From: Octopus bimaculoides
Taxonomy: Eukaryota
DNA length: 42,655 nt
Direction of reading: 5' to 3'
Assembly (NCBI RefSeq): GCF_001194135.2
Contig: NC_068985.1
Span: forward strand, 22,306,257 to 22,348,911
How positions within the stretch are numbered: the stretch's first letter is position 1; the number at the start of each line of letters is the position of its first letter. A program made the position numbers and the translations under genes. This document shows, one piece after another, positions 1 to 10,502 of this stretch. The notes beneath the pieces are model-generated. The model was given only the letters and a program-made list of their open reading frames with translations. It was not told where the DNA came from and ran no database searches.

Positions 1-2128
1 TAGGTGTCAAATTTGTTCCAATAACTTTCGAGTAATAGATAGATAGATAGAGGGAGAGACAGACATATAGCTCGCTCCGGCCCAGTCATGGTATTAGCTG
101 TCAGTAGCCAAAGAATCGACAGGCATGCAGACAGACAGACAGACAGATACTTCACTAGCAGTGAGCACTTTCACTTCTGACGGCTAATAGCACGATAGTG
201 CCTTCTTTTTTAATTGAATTTTCTACAAACACGTTTCAGATGCCTATTCCGATTATATCGAAACTTGCGAAAACTTTTCCAGAAAATTCATATTTTGGAG
301 GTTTTTCTTTTTCATGAAACTTTCAAATACCTTTCAGATTGAGATTATATTGGAATTTAATACGAAGAAATAATCGTCGGGCGCGCGCATCTATCTAAAA
401 TCCGAAATTTCGATGAGTGTCACTGTGTGTACGTGCTCACCATTCTTTCCCACATTAAATTCTGATATAATCATAAAGGGATATTCATTAAAAAATTGTG
501 AGTTAGGAGGAAACAAAGCCATTTTCTCTTCCCACTCCTGTAAAAAATCCAACAAAAACAAATTGTGACTAAGGTTCGGTGGAAAATTTTAATTCAAACC
601 TTATGAAAAAACATTTGTACTGTAAGATGAATCTCTTTAGGGTTAGTAAAGATATACCTATTAGGATACAAAAAGAGCCAGTTACAGGCGGACTTAATCT
701 AATATAGGGGAGCAGGTAGTATATACGTCTTAATAAAAAAAATTAAAAAAAGGAAATAAAGTATTGAGAAAGAGAAAGAAAAGGAAGCAGAAAAACATGT
801 ATTTATAAATATATAATTCCACAACCCAACAGAGGAAGTACTAGTGTATGTGTATATATATAGCACGGAAGGCAAGACGTTAATCTATGATGATATACAC
901 GTAAAAAGGGCAACAATTTAAAATTTCATCTACTTTAAAACAGCTAAATTAATGTCTCAAAAGTACAAAAATTACGCAACAATGAAATGTTACTGCTAGT
1001 TTGAGATAGAGATTCATAGAGAAAATTACCTCACCCAATTAAACAGTATCGGATTTACTCTTCCTGTCCGCAACGTCCCAAACAGAAAGGAATTCAATTG
1101 GGTGCTTTTTGGGCAGGGTAAAAAATAGTATTTAAAGATAATCAAAAGCCGCCAAGTTTAAAAAGGTTAACGGCGTACATGGCAGACAAGTCTCCCACTT
1201 AAAAAACAATTTTTTTTTTATTTTTACGGAAACCCACGTTTACGGCTATGGAAATTGCTAAAAAATCGCAACAATGATTTTAAGGTTCGGAAATCATAAA
1301 ATGGTATGAAAATTTAATTTCATAGGCAATACATCAAATTGTATATTGTTATCTCGAACATTTTCCTCAGAATATTTCTTTCCTCACGTGCAGTATAGTA
1401 CCTTATTTTCATCAGATCCAGCGATTACGAGCAGCTTAATGTTATTTTAATTTTGTCTATGAATTTTTATAGAATAGTAAGGGCATCGTAATATATTTTA
1501 ATTTATTTCAAGCAGATAACACTACCACCAATGCTTATATAATAAAAAGAGGCATGTTGCAAGTATGCTCCCTCCGGTTTATTTCTACGCGACTTTCAGA
1601 AAAATGGATATTTTTCTTTTTGGCACTGTCAGAAGTGAAAGTGCTCACTGCTAGTGAAGTATCTGTCTGTNNNNNNNNNNAGCTTAAAGCATGCAGATTT
1701 GAAACAATAGACAATAATGACGGCAACAAAATAAACTCGTTAAGAACGTGGATATTATTACTCCGAAATGCCGTCATCTATCGCTAAGAACACTCAGAGT
1801 TCACAGATTTGAAGACAAAAAATAAATGTTGATTGTAGCTACGTAAAAAAAAAAACACCGTTTTCGCATTTTAAACTAGAATTGAGAGAAGGAAAAGCTA
1901 TAGAACCTAAGACGAAAATTTTTACGTATAAATCTGCTATGACAGGGCTTGTGCACATGCCGCCATAGCAGTTGCTGTTCTTAGCTGTATCACCACGTGT
2001 CTTTATACCGAGTTGAAGATGTTTCATATAAACGGACTATTATCGACTTAATTAGCAGTTTAAACATCGATTTAAAGCAATAAGGTAAACTAACAAAACT
2101 AAATAATATAGTAAATACGTTTATATAC

Positions 2129-2356
2129 CTTGATTGGATGGGAGAACAGGTAGATTTCTTCAAGGGTCTTGATTTTGCCGTCTTTCACCAAACGACCTAA
2201 TTTAGTGACGGGAACCCATTCTTTGTCGGCATCTTTAGCACCACGACCTCTTCCGCGGCCTCTTCCACGTCCACGGCCACGGCCGCGACCACGTCCTCTA
2301 CCACCGAAACCGCCTCTGAAACCTCCTCTGCCACCGGCTGAAGCTGCGTCCGCCAT
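2129..2356 (-). CDS. RPS2: 40S ribosomal protein S2 (uS5), first coding exon (gene exon 2), 76 codons; downstream exons not found in window
   Basis: Translation [19 protein letters not shown](RG)10[37 protein letters not shown] matches the uS5 N-terminus. Acceptor tttgtag (AG at 2360-2359) lies 2 nt before the ATG; phase-0 donor AAG|GTATAT at 2128. Confidence 0.97.
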
Positions 2357-2548
2357 TGCTACAAATTAAATAAAATACAAATTTTCTTATCACAATATCC
2401 CTTAAAATTATAAGTAGCTGACATGCTTGAAGGAGTATGTTTATAATCTTCAAAATATATTTACAAATTAATCATCCAATGAAGGAAATAAAATGAAAAG
2501 AAAAAATTCTAATAATCCAAGAAATAGAGACAGAGTACACCAACTTAC

Positions 2549-2570
2549 ATGGTCTGTGAGAAAGAGGAAG
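2549..2570 (-). promoter_or_regulatory. RPS2: RPS2 non-coding exon 1 with TCT initiator / 5'TOP tract (likely TSS at C2564)
   Basis: Minus strand reads CTTCCTCTTTCTCACAGACCAT|GTAAGT. The pyrimidine tract fits the YYC(+1)TTTYY motif of ribosomal protein genes, followed by a perfect donor at 2548. Confidence 0.85.
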
Positions 2571-2585
2571 CAGATTTCATTTCGG

Positions 2586-2593
2586 TATTTATA
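2586..2593 (-). promoter_or_regulatory. TATA box of RPS2 promoter
   Basis: TATAAATA on the minus strand starting 29 nt upstream of the predicted TCT +1. Confidence 0.65.
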
Positions 2594-2606
2594 TTCAGTC
2601 GATTAT

Positions 2607-2615
2607 ACCGGAAGT
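2607..2615 (+). promoter_or_regulatory. ETS/GABP-type site in RPS2 promoter
   Basis: ACCGGAAGT about 45 nt upstream of the predicted TSS; a common motif in ribosomal protein promoters. Confidence 0.55.
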
Positions 2616-4084
2616 ACCCTCTAATATATAATAGACTCTTCTAACTAGAATTTCGTGCGCTCCAAAAGGAGGGGTGGTAGCCTTAATGAAATTATGTTGA
2701 ATCGTTTAAACGAAAGCTAATGTGTTATCTAGTATTTATATTACATTTTCTTACATTAATAGTTTTCAACATAAATTCTTTGGTAATTAGAGGCAGTAAT
2801 ATTTTTGAAGCTTTACTGTCCTAAACATGCCGTATTTAATACTGTAGAAGGGACAGAAAACAAGTCAAAAGGATAAGTAAAAGTGCCTACTGTAAAAAGA
2901 AAATGAGATGAAAAAAAAGTGTGTTGTACAGTAATCCCCACCTTCCGTGTACATTATGTTGGGTAATTCATCAAATAGAGATTGATAAAACAAATACTGG
3001 ACTTTGGGGCTGTGGCACCTCTTTCAATAGTTTAAATAATCATATTGACCTCAGTATTTATTTCAGTCTGCTACTTATATCAATTTCTATTCGTTGAATT
3101 ACGCAACAGAAATTTTTTTTTTAATATTTCCAAGTTGTAGGTACGGAGAGGGGATGGAAAGACTCCCCCTTCCATTTTCTCTTTTTTTTCCGCCAAAAAC
3201 ACCCGTTTTCGGATACGGAGATTCCGGAAAATTGTCAAAAATCGGCGTTTTGAAATTTCGCCCCCCCCCCCACACACACACACAATTTCTTCATTTTTTT
3301 TTTTCCCTAACCTAACCCTAAAACCCTAACCGTAACTACAAAAATTTCTGGAAATTTTTTTCAGAAATCATAATCTCCGTATTTTGCCCCATATTTTGAA
3401 AAAACAATTTCTGAAAAAAGTTAAAAATGGAGAAATTGGTGGTGGCGGAGGTTATTTCAAAATGCTGATTTTTGCCAATTTTTTTGCAGATTCGTATTCT
3501 CCATAGCCGAAAACGGGGGCTGGAGGGGGGGGGAGAAAAAAGGGGTGTTTGAGTGGGGTACTAGAATAAGTTTTGCCAAGGGGATGCTCACATTATTTTT
3601 GAGAATCTGCAGCGAGATGTGTAGCAAAAGTTGTTGCGGATGGTTCAATGTACGTTGTCGGGTGTGGCAAAGGAAGATAGGCATGTTGGACGACATCAAA
3701 GGAAAACAATGATGAAAGCATCAGAATGTAGTTTACATAATTTATTTGATCAACAGTGGCATCTACGTTTTGGATACACAAATCTTGATTTACAGTATCA
3801 ATGAAGGAACCAACTCTGTCGAAATTTGGTGAAAAATTTGTGGTGGTGTATTGAACACATTTTCACCAAATTTGGCAAAAATAGTCATAACCCTAATGCT
3901 AACCCTAATCCTAATCCTAAAACCCTAAAGCTAAAACCAGTACAAACACACGAACAATGTCATAAGTAACAGTACCGCCGATAATTGTTGACAAACAACG
4001 GCAGTAATTTTATTCAAGGGAAAAAATCCCATTACACTGCTACAACGTGTTGTTGACAACCCACAGCAGTAATTGTTTTCACCT

Positions 4085-5045
4085 AAATACACGTCAGTGA
4101 TTGGTTGAAATTACCGAAATACAACTTTTAGCATGAAATAACTTTGAATATACAAACTTTTCTTAACAAGGCTAAGAGAAAAAGATGTTTTATATGACAC
4201 ATTCTACCAGTATCCCAAGTTTGAAAGTGCTTCGTTAGAAAACAAATGGTGTCCGCCAAATCAGAAAGATCCAATATTTACACTTTCTCTTTTAAAAAAA
4301 GGTTGCAGGATGTCACGTGCAGTTACCAGTAAATGTCCATAATATGGTGTAAAGTTGTTAATCTGAAGCAGGGATTCCCAATGTGTGTTCTGCAAAGCCC
4401 CAGGGTTCACTGAAAGTTTTCAGGGGCTCCCCGTTTTTAAAAATAATGTCGAAGGATTCTGCGGCAAAAAAATTTGGGGAACCACTGATCTAGCAATTAA
4501 CTAAATATTTTTAGGCTTATCGAAGTCATGTCTCAACAACTTCATACAGTGGTGTTTGCTGTTGTTTGCCAATAGTGCTGTCTGTGAAATACGTTTCTAA
4601 CCATGTAAACAGATGAGCGTATGACACATGTGTTTATTGTATTTGGAGGTGAGGAAAATATAAAGGGAGCCACTCATTTAGTGATTAATTGAATGTTTTT
4701 AGGCTCATCAAAGTCACACCTTTGTACGAATTCAGACAGTGGTGTTTGCCAGTGTTCGCCAATAGTGCTGTCTTTGAAACATGTTTCTCTCCCTATAAAA
4801 AATGAGTGTATGATGCATGTGTTTATTGTGCTTGATGATGTATGCAGGCTTGCAGCATATCTTGTGCAATTTACCCAAATACGACAACTTTAACACGAAA
4901 TAACTTCTAAAATATGAAATTTTGTCAAAAACATTCAGAGTAAACCGTGCTCTATCTGAGAAATTCTACCAATATTCGAAGTTTCAAACTGTTTAGTTAA
5001 AAAAATATTAATTAAAAAATCTGTGATTGAGACGGAATAGATCCC
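4085..5045 (+). repeat. Two related dispersed-repeat segments (about 4085-4271 and 4860-5045), probable DNA-transposon ends
   Basis: Shared motifs caacttta...gaaataactt...ttctacca..at..c.aagttt.aaa.tg, both ending in agatcc. Confidence 0.5.
4369..4487. mobile_element. Small non-autonomous hAT (Charlie/Buster-like) element
   Basis: Imperfect TIRs cagggattcccaa / ttggggaaccactg resemble the CAGTGGTTCCCAA type. The 8-bp flanks atctgaag and atctagca match only partly. Confidence 0.5.
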
Positions 5046-5301
5046 ATACATTTTAGTAATGGTGATGTAGCACCCATCAACAGATGTGTAGTGCTCGCTA
5101 TTAAATGGTGCTTTACTATAAGCACCGAGCACTCCCCCTATAGAGCAGACTACAGTAAGGCAGTCACACAATTTTGTAACAGTGTTATTTCTACGTACAA
5201 GATAATACAGTACCTTGACCCAGAAATGTCTTGTTTGTGAAATACTAGAGTTAACATTTATACAGGGACTATGGAAAATTCACAATTCTTTGGTCAAAAA
5301 T

Positions 5302-5351
5302 AGGGGGTCAACTTTCACATGAGATCGACTATTACTCGAGTATATATGGTA
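5302..5351. mobile_element. Single pogo/Tigger-like TIR end
   Basis: gatcgactattactcgagtatatatgg followed by TA resembles the CCGTATATACTCGAGTA TIR type; no partner end found. Confidence 0.4.
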
Positions 5352-5424
5352 CATACATATACATATATGCATATATATAGTCATACATACATATACATAT
5401 ATATACCTAGGCCTATTTCCTATT

Positions 5425-6600
5425 GTTTTTTTTTTTAGGTGGAGGTAGCCACATGATATACACCAGACATTCCAATCATTTTCCAGCTCAAAGGGGCAAG
5501 CCCCATTCTATGCTTGGGTCAATCAGCAGCAGGGCCCAACAGCATATACTGGTTTACCCCTGCCACATCATGCTGGTTCCGTACCCCTTTGAGCAACATC
5601 AAAATTCACTCATCCATCTACAAACACTCTCCAAACTTTCATATCATTCATAAACTCTCTTGCCTCTCTCACTCCAATACCTCTAACCACTAAAGCTTTC
5701 CTCACTCCATCCATCCACACAAACCAAGGTCTGCCTCTGGTTCTGCTGCCTATCACTTCAGCCTTCATCCCCCCTCCCCCCTTACCATCCACTCCATGTG
5801 GCAAAACCACCTCAGCATTCATCTATCCAATTTGGTTGTTAGTTTTTCTCTCATTCCTGCTTGTCTTCACACCTCCTCATTCCTCATCCTGTCCATCCAT
5901 GTCACACCAACCATAGCCCTTGGACATCTCATCTCAAACACATCTAGTCGCCCCCTTTCCACCTCTCTGCACCATATAACATTGTCGGCACAATCACACC
6001 TCTTTTTACTTTCATACTCAACCTTTTATTCCTCAGCATACCTTTCACATTATCTCCAAGTACCTTACTTCACTCTGTATCCCACCTCCTCAGCCAACCC
6101 CCACCATCTGCCGTCACATGACCCCAGATACTTAAAAATACTCACCTCCTCTAACATTTCACCATTTATACTCACATCCATCCTACCAGCCATTCCATCT
6201 CTCAAACATCTCATCACTTTACTCTTAGCTACATTCACTTTCAGTTTCCTCCTCTCGCACCCTCTTTCAAACTCTACAACCAGTCTCCTCAGTTAACCTT
6301 CCAAATCCACTGCCAAGCTGTATCATCAGCAAACAACAATTGACTCACCTGCCATTTTTCTCCCACTATTTGGGCTCCCCTACCAAAGGTTCTAACATTT
6401 ACCTCTCTCACCATACCATCTATATATAAATTAAACAGCTACAGAGACATCACACAACCCTGTCTTAACCCCACCTTCACATCAAACCACTTACTTCACC
6501 ACCCACCCTAATGCATGCCCTACTTTTTCTATAAAAACTGATACACATATATAAGAACACATACAAACACCAAGCCTGGAACCTTCCAAGTGTTAGATCT
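5425..6600 (-). mobile_element. Decayed, 5'-truncated RTE-clade LINE (RT C-terminal part and 3' UTR)
   Basis: Minus-strand remnants GLRQGCVMSLxLFNLYIDGMVREV and RTRGRPWFVWMDGVRKAL; many stops and frameshifts; A-rich tail near 5430. Confidence 0.85.
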
Positions 6601-6972
6601 GCAACTTACATTGAATCATGAACCCACATGCATTTATGCATGGGTGTATATTTGAATGCATATGTATGCATGTACATATATATGTAGGTATATGGATATG
6701 TTTGTATATGCACACGTATGTACAGATGTATTTGTATGTGATATATACACATATGTGCTGAATTTGTCGTATGCTTTAAAACTGTTTCTATCTCTTTTCT
6801 GGTTCTCCTCTTTTCTCTGTTTTATTTTGGCTTTCTAGATACTTATTTGACTTTACCCAGACATAAACTGAGACTTAACTGACCTCCTGTTGATAAGTAT
6901 TACCCAGACATATAAACACATGTGTATACACACACACACATATGTATATAATCATACTCATATATATATATA

Positions 6973-8208
6973 CAGGGTGTTCCAAAATTAAGGCAACCAA
7001 CTTGTTTCAATTTGGTCAATATTGTTATATGTTGGGTCCAAGTGTTGCAATGCAATGGTATGGGAAATACAATTATGTAACTACCACATTTATTCAATAT
7101 GACTACCTTTGTTTTGAATCACAACCTTAAGTCTAGGTGTGAATGTTTCGCACAGCACGCAGTTATTCTTGCAGAATCAAAGCCCTTTCCTGGTGCAATT
7201 TTGCCTTCAGAGCATTGAGCAAAGCATGAAGAGTGCTTGGGACCCTCGTCTTCAAAATGGATCATACAGAAAAATCCAATGGGTTGAGAGCAGGGCTTCT
7301 ATGAACAATGGAATGTTTTTTCTGAAACCAGTGGTTTGAGATCAGGGCTTCTATGAATGATGGAATGTTTTTCTGAAGCCAGTGTTGTGTCTGTTTGGAG
7401 CTGTGGGGTAGTGCTAAGTCCTGTTGGAGGCTCCAAGGTGCACCTTGAAAGTATTCATTCGTCCATGGAAGCAGGTCAGCTTCCAGAAAGTCGCTAATGT
7501 ATCACTGGGAGTTAATTTTAACACCTAAGAGCACAAAAATGAAGGGAGACTTTCCAGTGGCTGTTACAGCCGCCCAAACCATAACTGACTGTGGATTCTG
7601 ACGTCGATTTACGAGTCTACCCTCAATGGAGTCAGATACATTCCAAAATCGGTCGTTCTGGTGGTTTACTGTCTGTTCGATGTCAAATTTCTTTTCATCA
7701 GTGAACATCAGGTTGGGCAATAATCTGACAAGGGATAAGACGGCTTCTCTCAAGTCTAATGACCATATAAACTTGTGTGAGCTCATGACGGAGGATCATC
7801 TTGCAGAGGTGAGTCCTGAGATCCTCTTTCAGCACTCGATATATAGATGTTCCTTATTTTTGATAAGCTGAGGGGGTCCGCACACTTCTTTTTTCGGCTA
7901 CGTCCAGGTAGATCAGCGGTGGAATCAGTGTCTTGAAATTTCTTGACAATTTCCTATACTGTTGCTCGGTTAATTTTAAGCTTTTTCCCTATAGCTGTAT
8001 TACTTTCGCCTCCTTTGTGGAGGGCTATGATTGCATTTCAGTCTATAGCCATTATCTAATTTATAAATCTGAATTTATTTTAGTCTGAAACAAAAAGAAG
8101 ACACACTAAGCTTTTATAATTATGTATAATTTTCCTTCACATCTTATCACATTTATTGATAGTTATGAAAGCTCGAAACTTCGGTTGCCTTAATTTCGGA
8201 ACACCCTG
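6973..8208 (-). mobile_element. Full-length defective Tc1/mariner element, maT (DD37D)-like
   Basis: 26-bp TIRs CAGGGTGTTCC(A/G)AAATTAAGGCAACC with 1 mismatch, and TA duplications at 6971-72 and 8209-10. Transposase starts at ATG 8052 and has FTDEKKF, SVMVWAAV, LQQD and LNPLDF motifs, with stops and frameshifts. Confidence 0.93.
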
Positions 8209-8905
8209 TAGTACCTACATATACATACATAAATATCAATGAAAAACAATAAATATATATGTTGACTAAAACAAACATACGTCCACATTCAGATGAACAT
8301 GATCAAAAACTCTGCAATACAAACCTACCCAGATAAAAAGTCAAAAATTTAATACAAACAATACACACTAGGTTAAAAGTTAGTTTAAATAAAAGTAAAC
8401 CTATCCCTCCTTTCTTCCCCTGCCTCTGCTAACAAATGCTTATTTATTTAACACCACGACCTCCCGTTTTTCTATTGACAACTTTATACCTCCTACCTCC
8501 TCATAAAGTTTTGATTACGTTAACAACTCCTACTCCCACTACCATCTTTATCTTCTCCCTTATGTTATTTGCTGAAATTTTTCTTGCGTTTGGATATATA
8601 AGCGACATCAAATCCACTGTCATAATGTCTTTCCCTTTCGATACCAACCAGGCCGTAACCGGCCGTGATTTCAGCACAAATCTCGTTAGTACATTCGTGA
8701 AAACACGTGATTTCGACTTTATGATTTTTTTGGCGGCGTCAACGAAAAGTGGGCCACATGAGTTGGAATTTCTCCGTTTTGACGGGGATTTTTCAGATTT
8801 TTTTTCACGGTGCTCTTGGAAATGATCTGGAGCATCTTTTTAATCCGTACCATCTTCCCCTCTCCCGACCAATTTTGGTTGATTTTGTTGGCATGATGAT
8901 TTTTT

Positions 8906-9274
8906 GGAGTACGCACTAAACTATAGAAGCCTTTTCGGTAAAAAAAAAAGTAAATATTTTTAGACGGAAAGGTGTATGATTCAAGGGAGATTTGGCTGTT
9001 ATTTCTAGCATATCTCATTACCTGTAAGGTTTAGGGTTCATAAAAATCAAATTTTCAAAAAATCTTTTTCGATAGCATATATGAGTTTATTATGCTTATT
9101 AACGTGGAGAAAATATTGAAAAACATCAATACTTGTCAGAGTGAGAAAGAAACGAGGAAGTAGTCGTGGGATATGCCAGAAACAATAGCCAAATCTCCCT
9201 TTAGGTACACACCTTTTCATCTGAATTTTTTTTTTTTTACCGAAAAGGCTTCTAAAGTTTTAAGTGCGTAGTTC
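8906..9274. repeat. Inverted pair of about 110-bp repeat segments (8906-9016 and 9168-9274)
   Basis: gatatgc.agaaa.aa.agccaaatctccct...ttaccgaaaaggcttcta.agttt occurs on opposite strands. The core motif recurs near 36235 and 40970. Confidence 0.8.
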
Positions 9275-9284
9275 CCCACCAAAA

Positions 9285-9321
9285 TCGTAAGCTCGGCGCT
9301 CTAACCACTGAGTCATGCGCC
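9285..9321 (-). mobile_element. tRNA-derived SINE head fragment
   Basis: GGCGCATGACTCAGTGGTTAGAGCG A-box-like 5' half; no B box or cloverleaf follows. Confidence 0.55.
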
Positions 9322-9324
9322 TTC

Positions 9325-9663
9325 ACAATGCCAGACCACACATCAAAAAAATAACATTGGCGAAACTACAGGAGTTGGAAGTTCTCCATCATCCATCATA
9401 CTCACCTGATCTTGCCCCCACTGACTACCACTTCTTCCAGAATTTGGATAACTTTTTGACGGAAAAAATTTAATTCAGACGATGCTGTAAAATAGATCTT
9501 CCAAGATTTTGACTCTAGATTGCCAGGCTTTTACAGTTCTGTGCTGGACAAGCTACCACTGAAATGCCAAAAGTGTATTGACAATATGGGTGCATACTTT
9601 GATAAATAAAACTATTCCAAACTTTTTTTCTTTTCTACAAATTTTATACTTGACAACCTAATA
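9325..9663 (+). mobile_element. Mariner (DD34D, Hsmar1/cecropia-like) transposase 3' fragment with right TIR
   Basis: NARPH...HPSYSPDLAPTDYHFFQNLDNFL...KCIDNMGAYFDK*; ends ttgacaacctaa+TA. Confidence 0.88.
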
Positions 9664-9771
9664 TTTTGTTGAATTTGCCTATAATTAGAGTCACTTTGAG
9701 ACAAAAGTTATGCAATACAATTGATTAAGAACCTTTTCTTCAATTGTGTTCCAAAAATCACACTAATATTC

Positions 9772-9963
9772 TTTTATTCTTTTACTTGATTCAGTCATTT
9801 GACTGCAGCCGTGCTGGAGCACTGCCTTTGGTCGAACAAATCAATCCAAGACTTATTCTTTGCAAGCCTATTATTCTATCAGTTGCCTTTGCTGAACTGT
9901 TGAATCAAAAGGCTTTGGTCAGCTCAAGGCTATAGTAGAAAACACTTGCCCAAGGTGCCACAC
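9772..9963 (-). mobile_element. tRNA-derived SINE, internally deleted
   Basis: Tail cttttacttg.ttcagtcatttgactg and head piece gctatagtagaa.acacttgcccaaggtgcc are shared with copies near 23752 and 16170. Confidence 0.75.
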
Positions 9964-10502
9964 AATGGGACTGCTTCTGCTTGGCACCACTGAAGCTATA
10001 TTTCTAGTAAGGCAATTGCAGGAGAAATATCTAGCGAAAGACAAACCCCTGTACTTGGCTTTTGTTGACTTGGAGAAAGCCTTTGACAGGGTCCCTCGAT
10101 CCATTATCTGGCGGTCAATGCAGAAACTGGGAATAGACGAGTGGTTGGTAAGAGTTGTACAAGCTCTGTACATGGATGCTGTCAGTAAGGTGAAGGTTGG
10201 CAATGAGTATAGTGTAGAATTCCAAGTAGAAGTAGGGGTTCACTAAGGATCAGTCCTTAGCCCCCTCTTATTCATTATAGCCCTCCAGGCAATAACAGAG
10301 GAATTCAGGACATGCTGCTCCTGGGAGCTCCTGTATGCTGATGACCTTGCTCTAATAGCCGAGTCACTGCCAGAACTAGAGACGAAGTTTAGGGCGTGGA
10401 AGCAAGGTCTAGAATTGAAGGGCCTTAGGGTTAACCGAGCAAAAACCAAAGTCTTAGTAAGTAGGAAGGCTGACAAATCACAAACCCCTTCAGGTAGATG
10501 GC
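9964..10502 (+). mobile_element. RTE-clade LINE fragment A (RT core)
   Basis: GTTEAIFLVRQLQEKY...FVDLEKAFDRVPR...GVH*GSVLSPLLF...WELLYADDLALIAES; one in-frame stop. Confidence 0.92.

Noticed and set aside
1367-1415. TGATGA...CTGA on the RPS2 sense strand as a C/D snoRNA
   Set aside because: Only about 38 nt between the boxes, no terminal stem, and no rRNA complement that I can recognise
2169-2369. Pro/Arg-rich plus-strand ORF
   Set aside because: Antisense shadow of the RPS2 RG repeat
5091-5132. Nested hairpin starting GTGCTCGCT (same as the U6 5' end)
   Set aside because: The match to U6 stops after 9 nt; short stems in repeat-rich DNA
5796-6296. 166-aa plus-strand ORF
   Set aside because: Antisense to the decayed RTE; low-complexity Ser/Leu/His content
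8436-9018. 129-aa and 99-aa ORFs
   Set aside because: They lie in non-autonomous repeat sequence and have no recognisable motif
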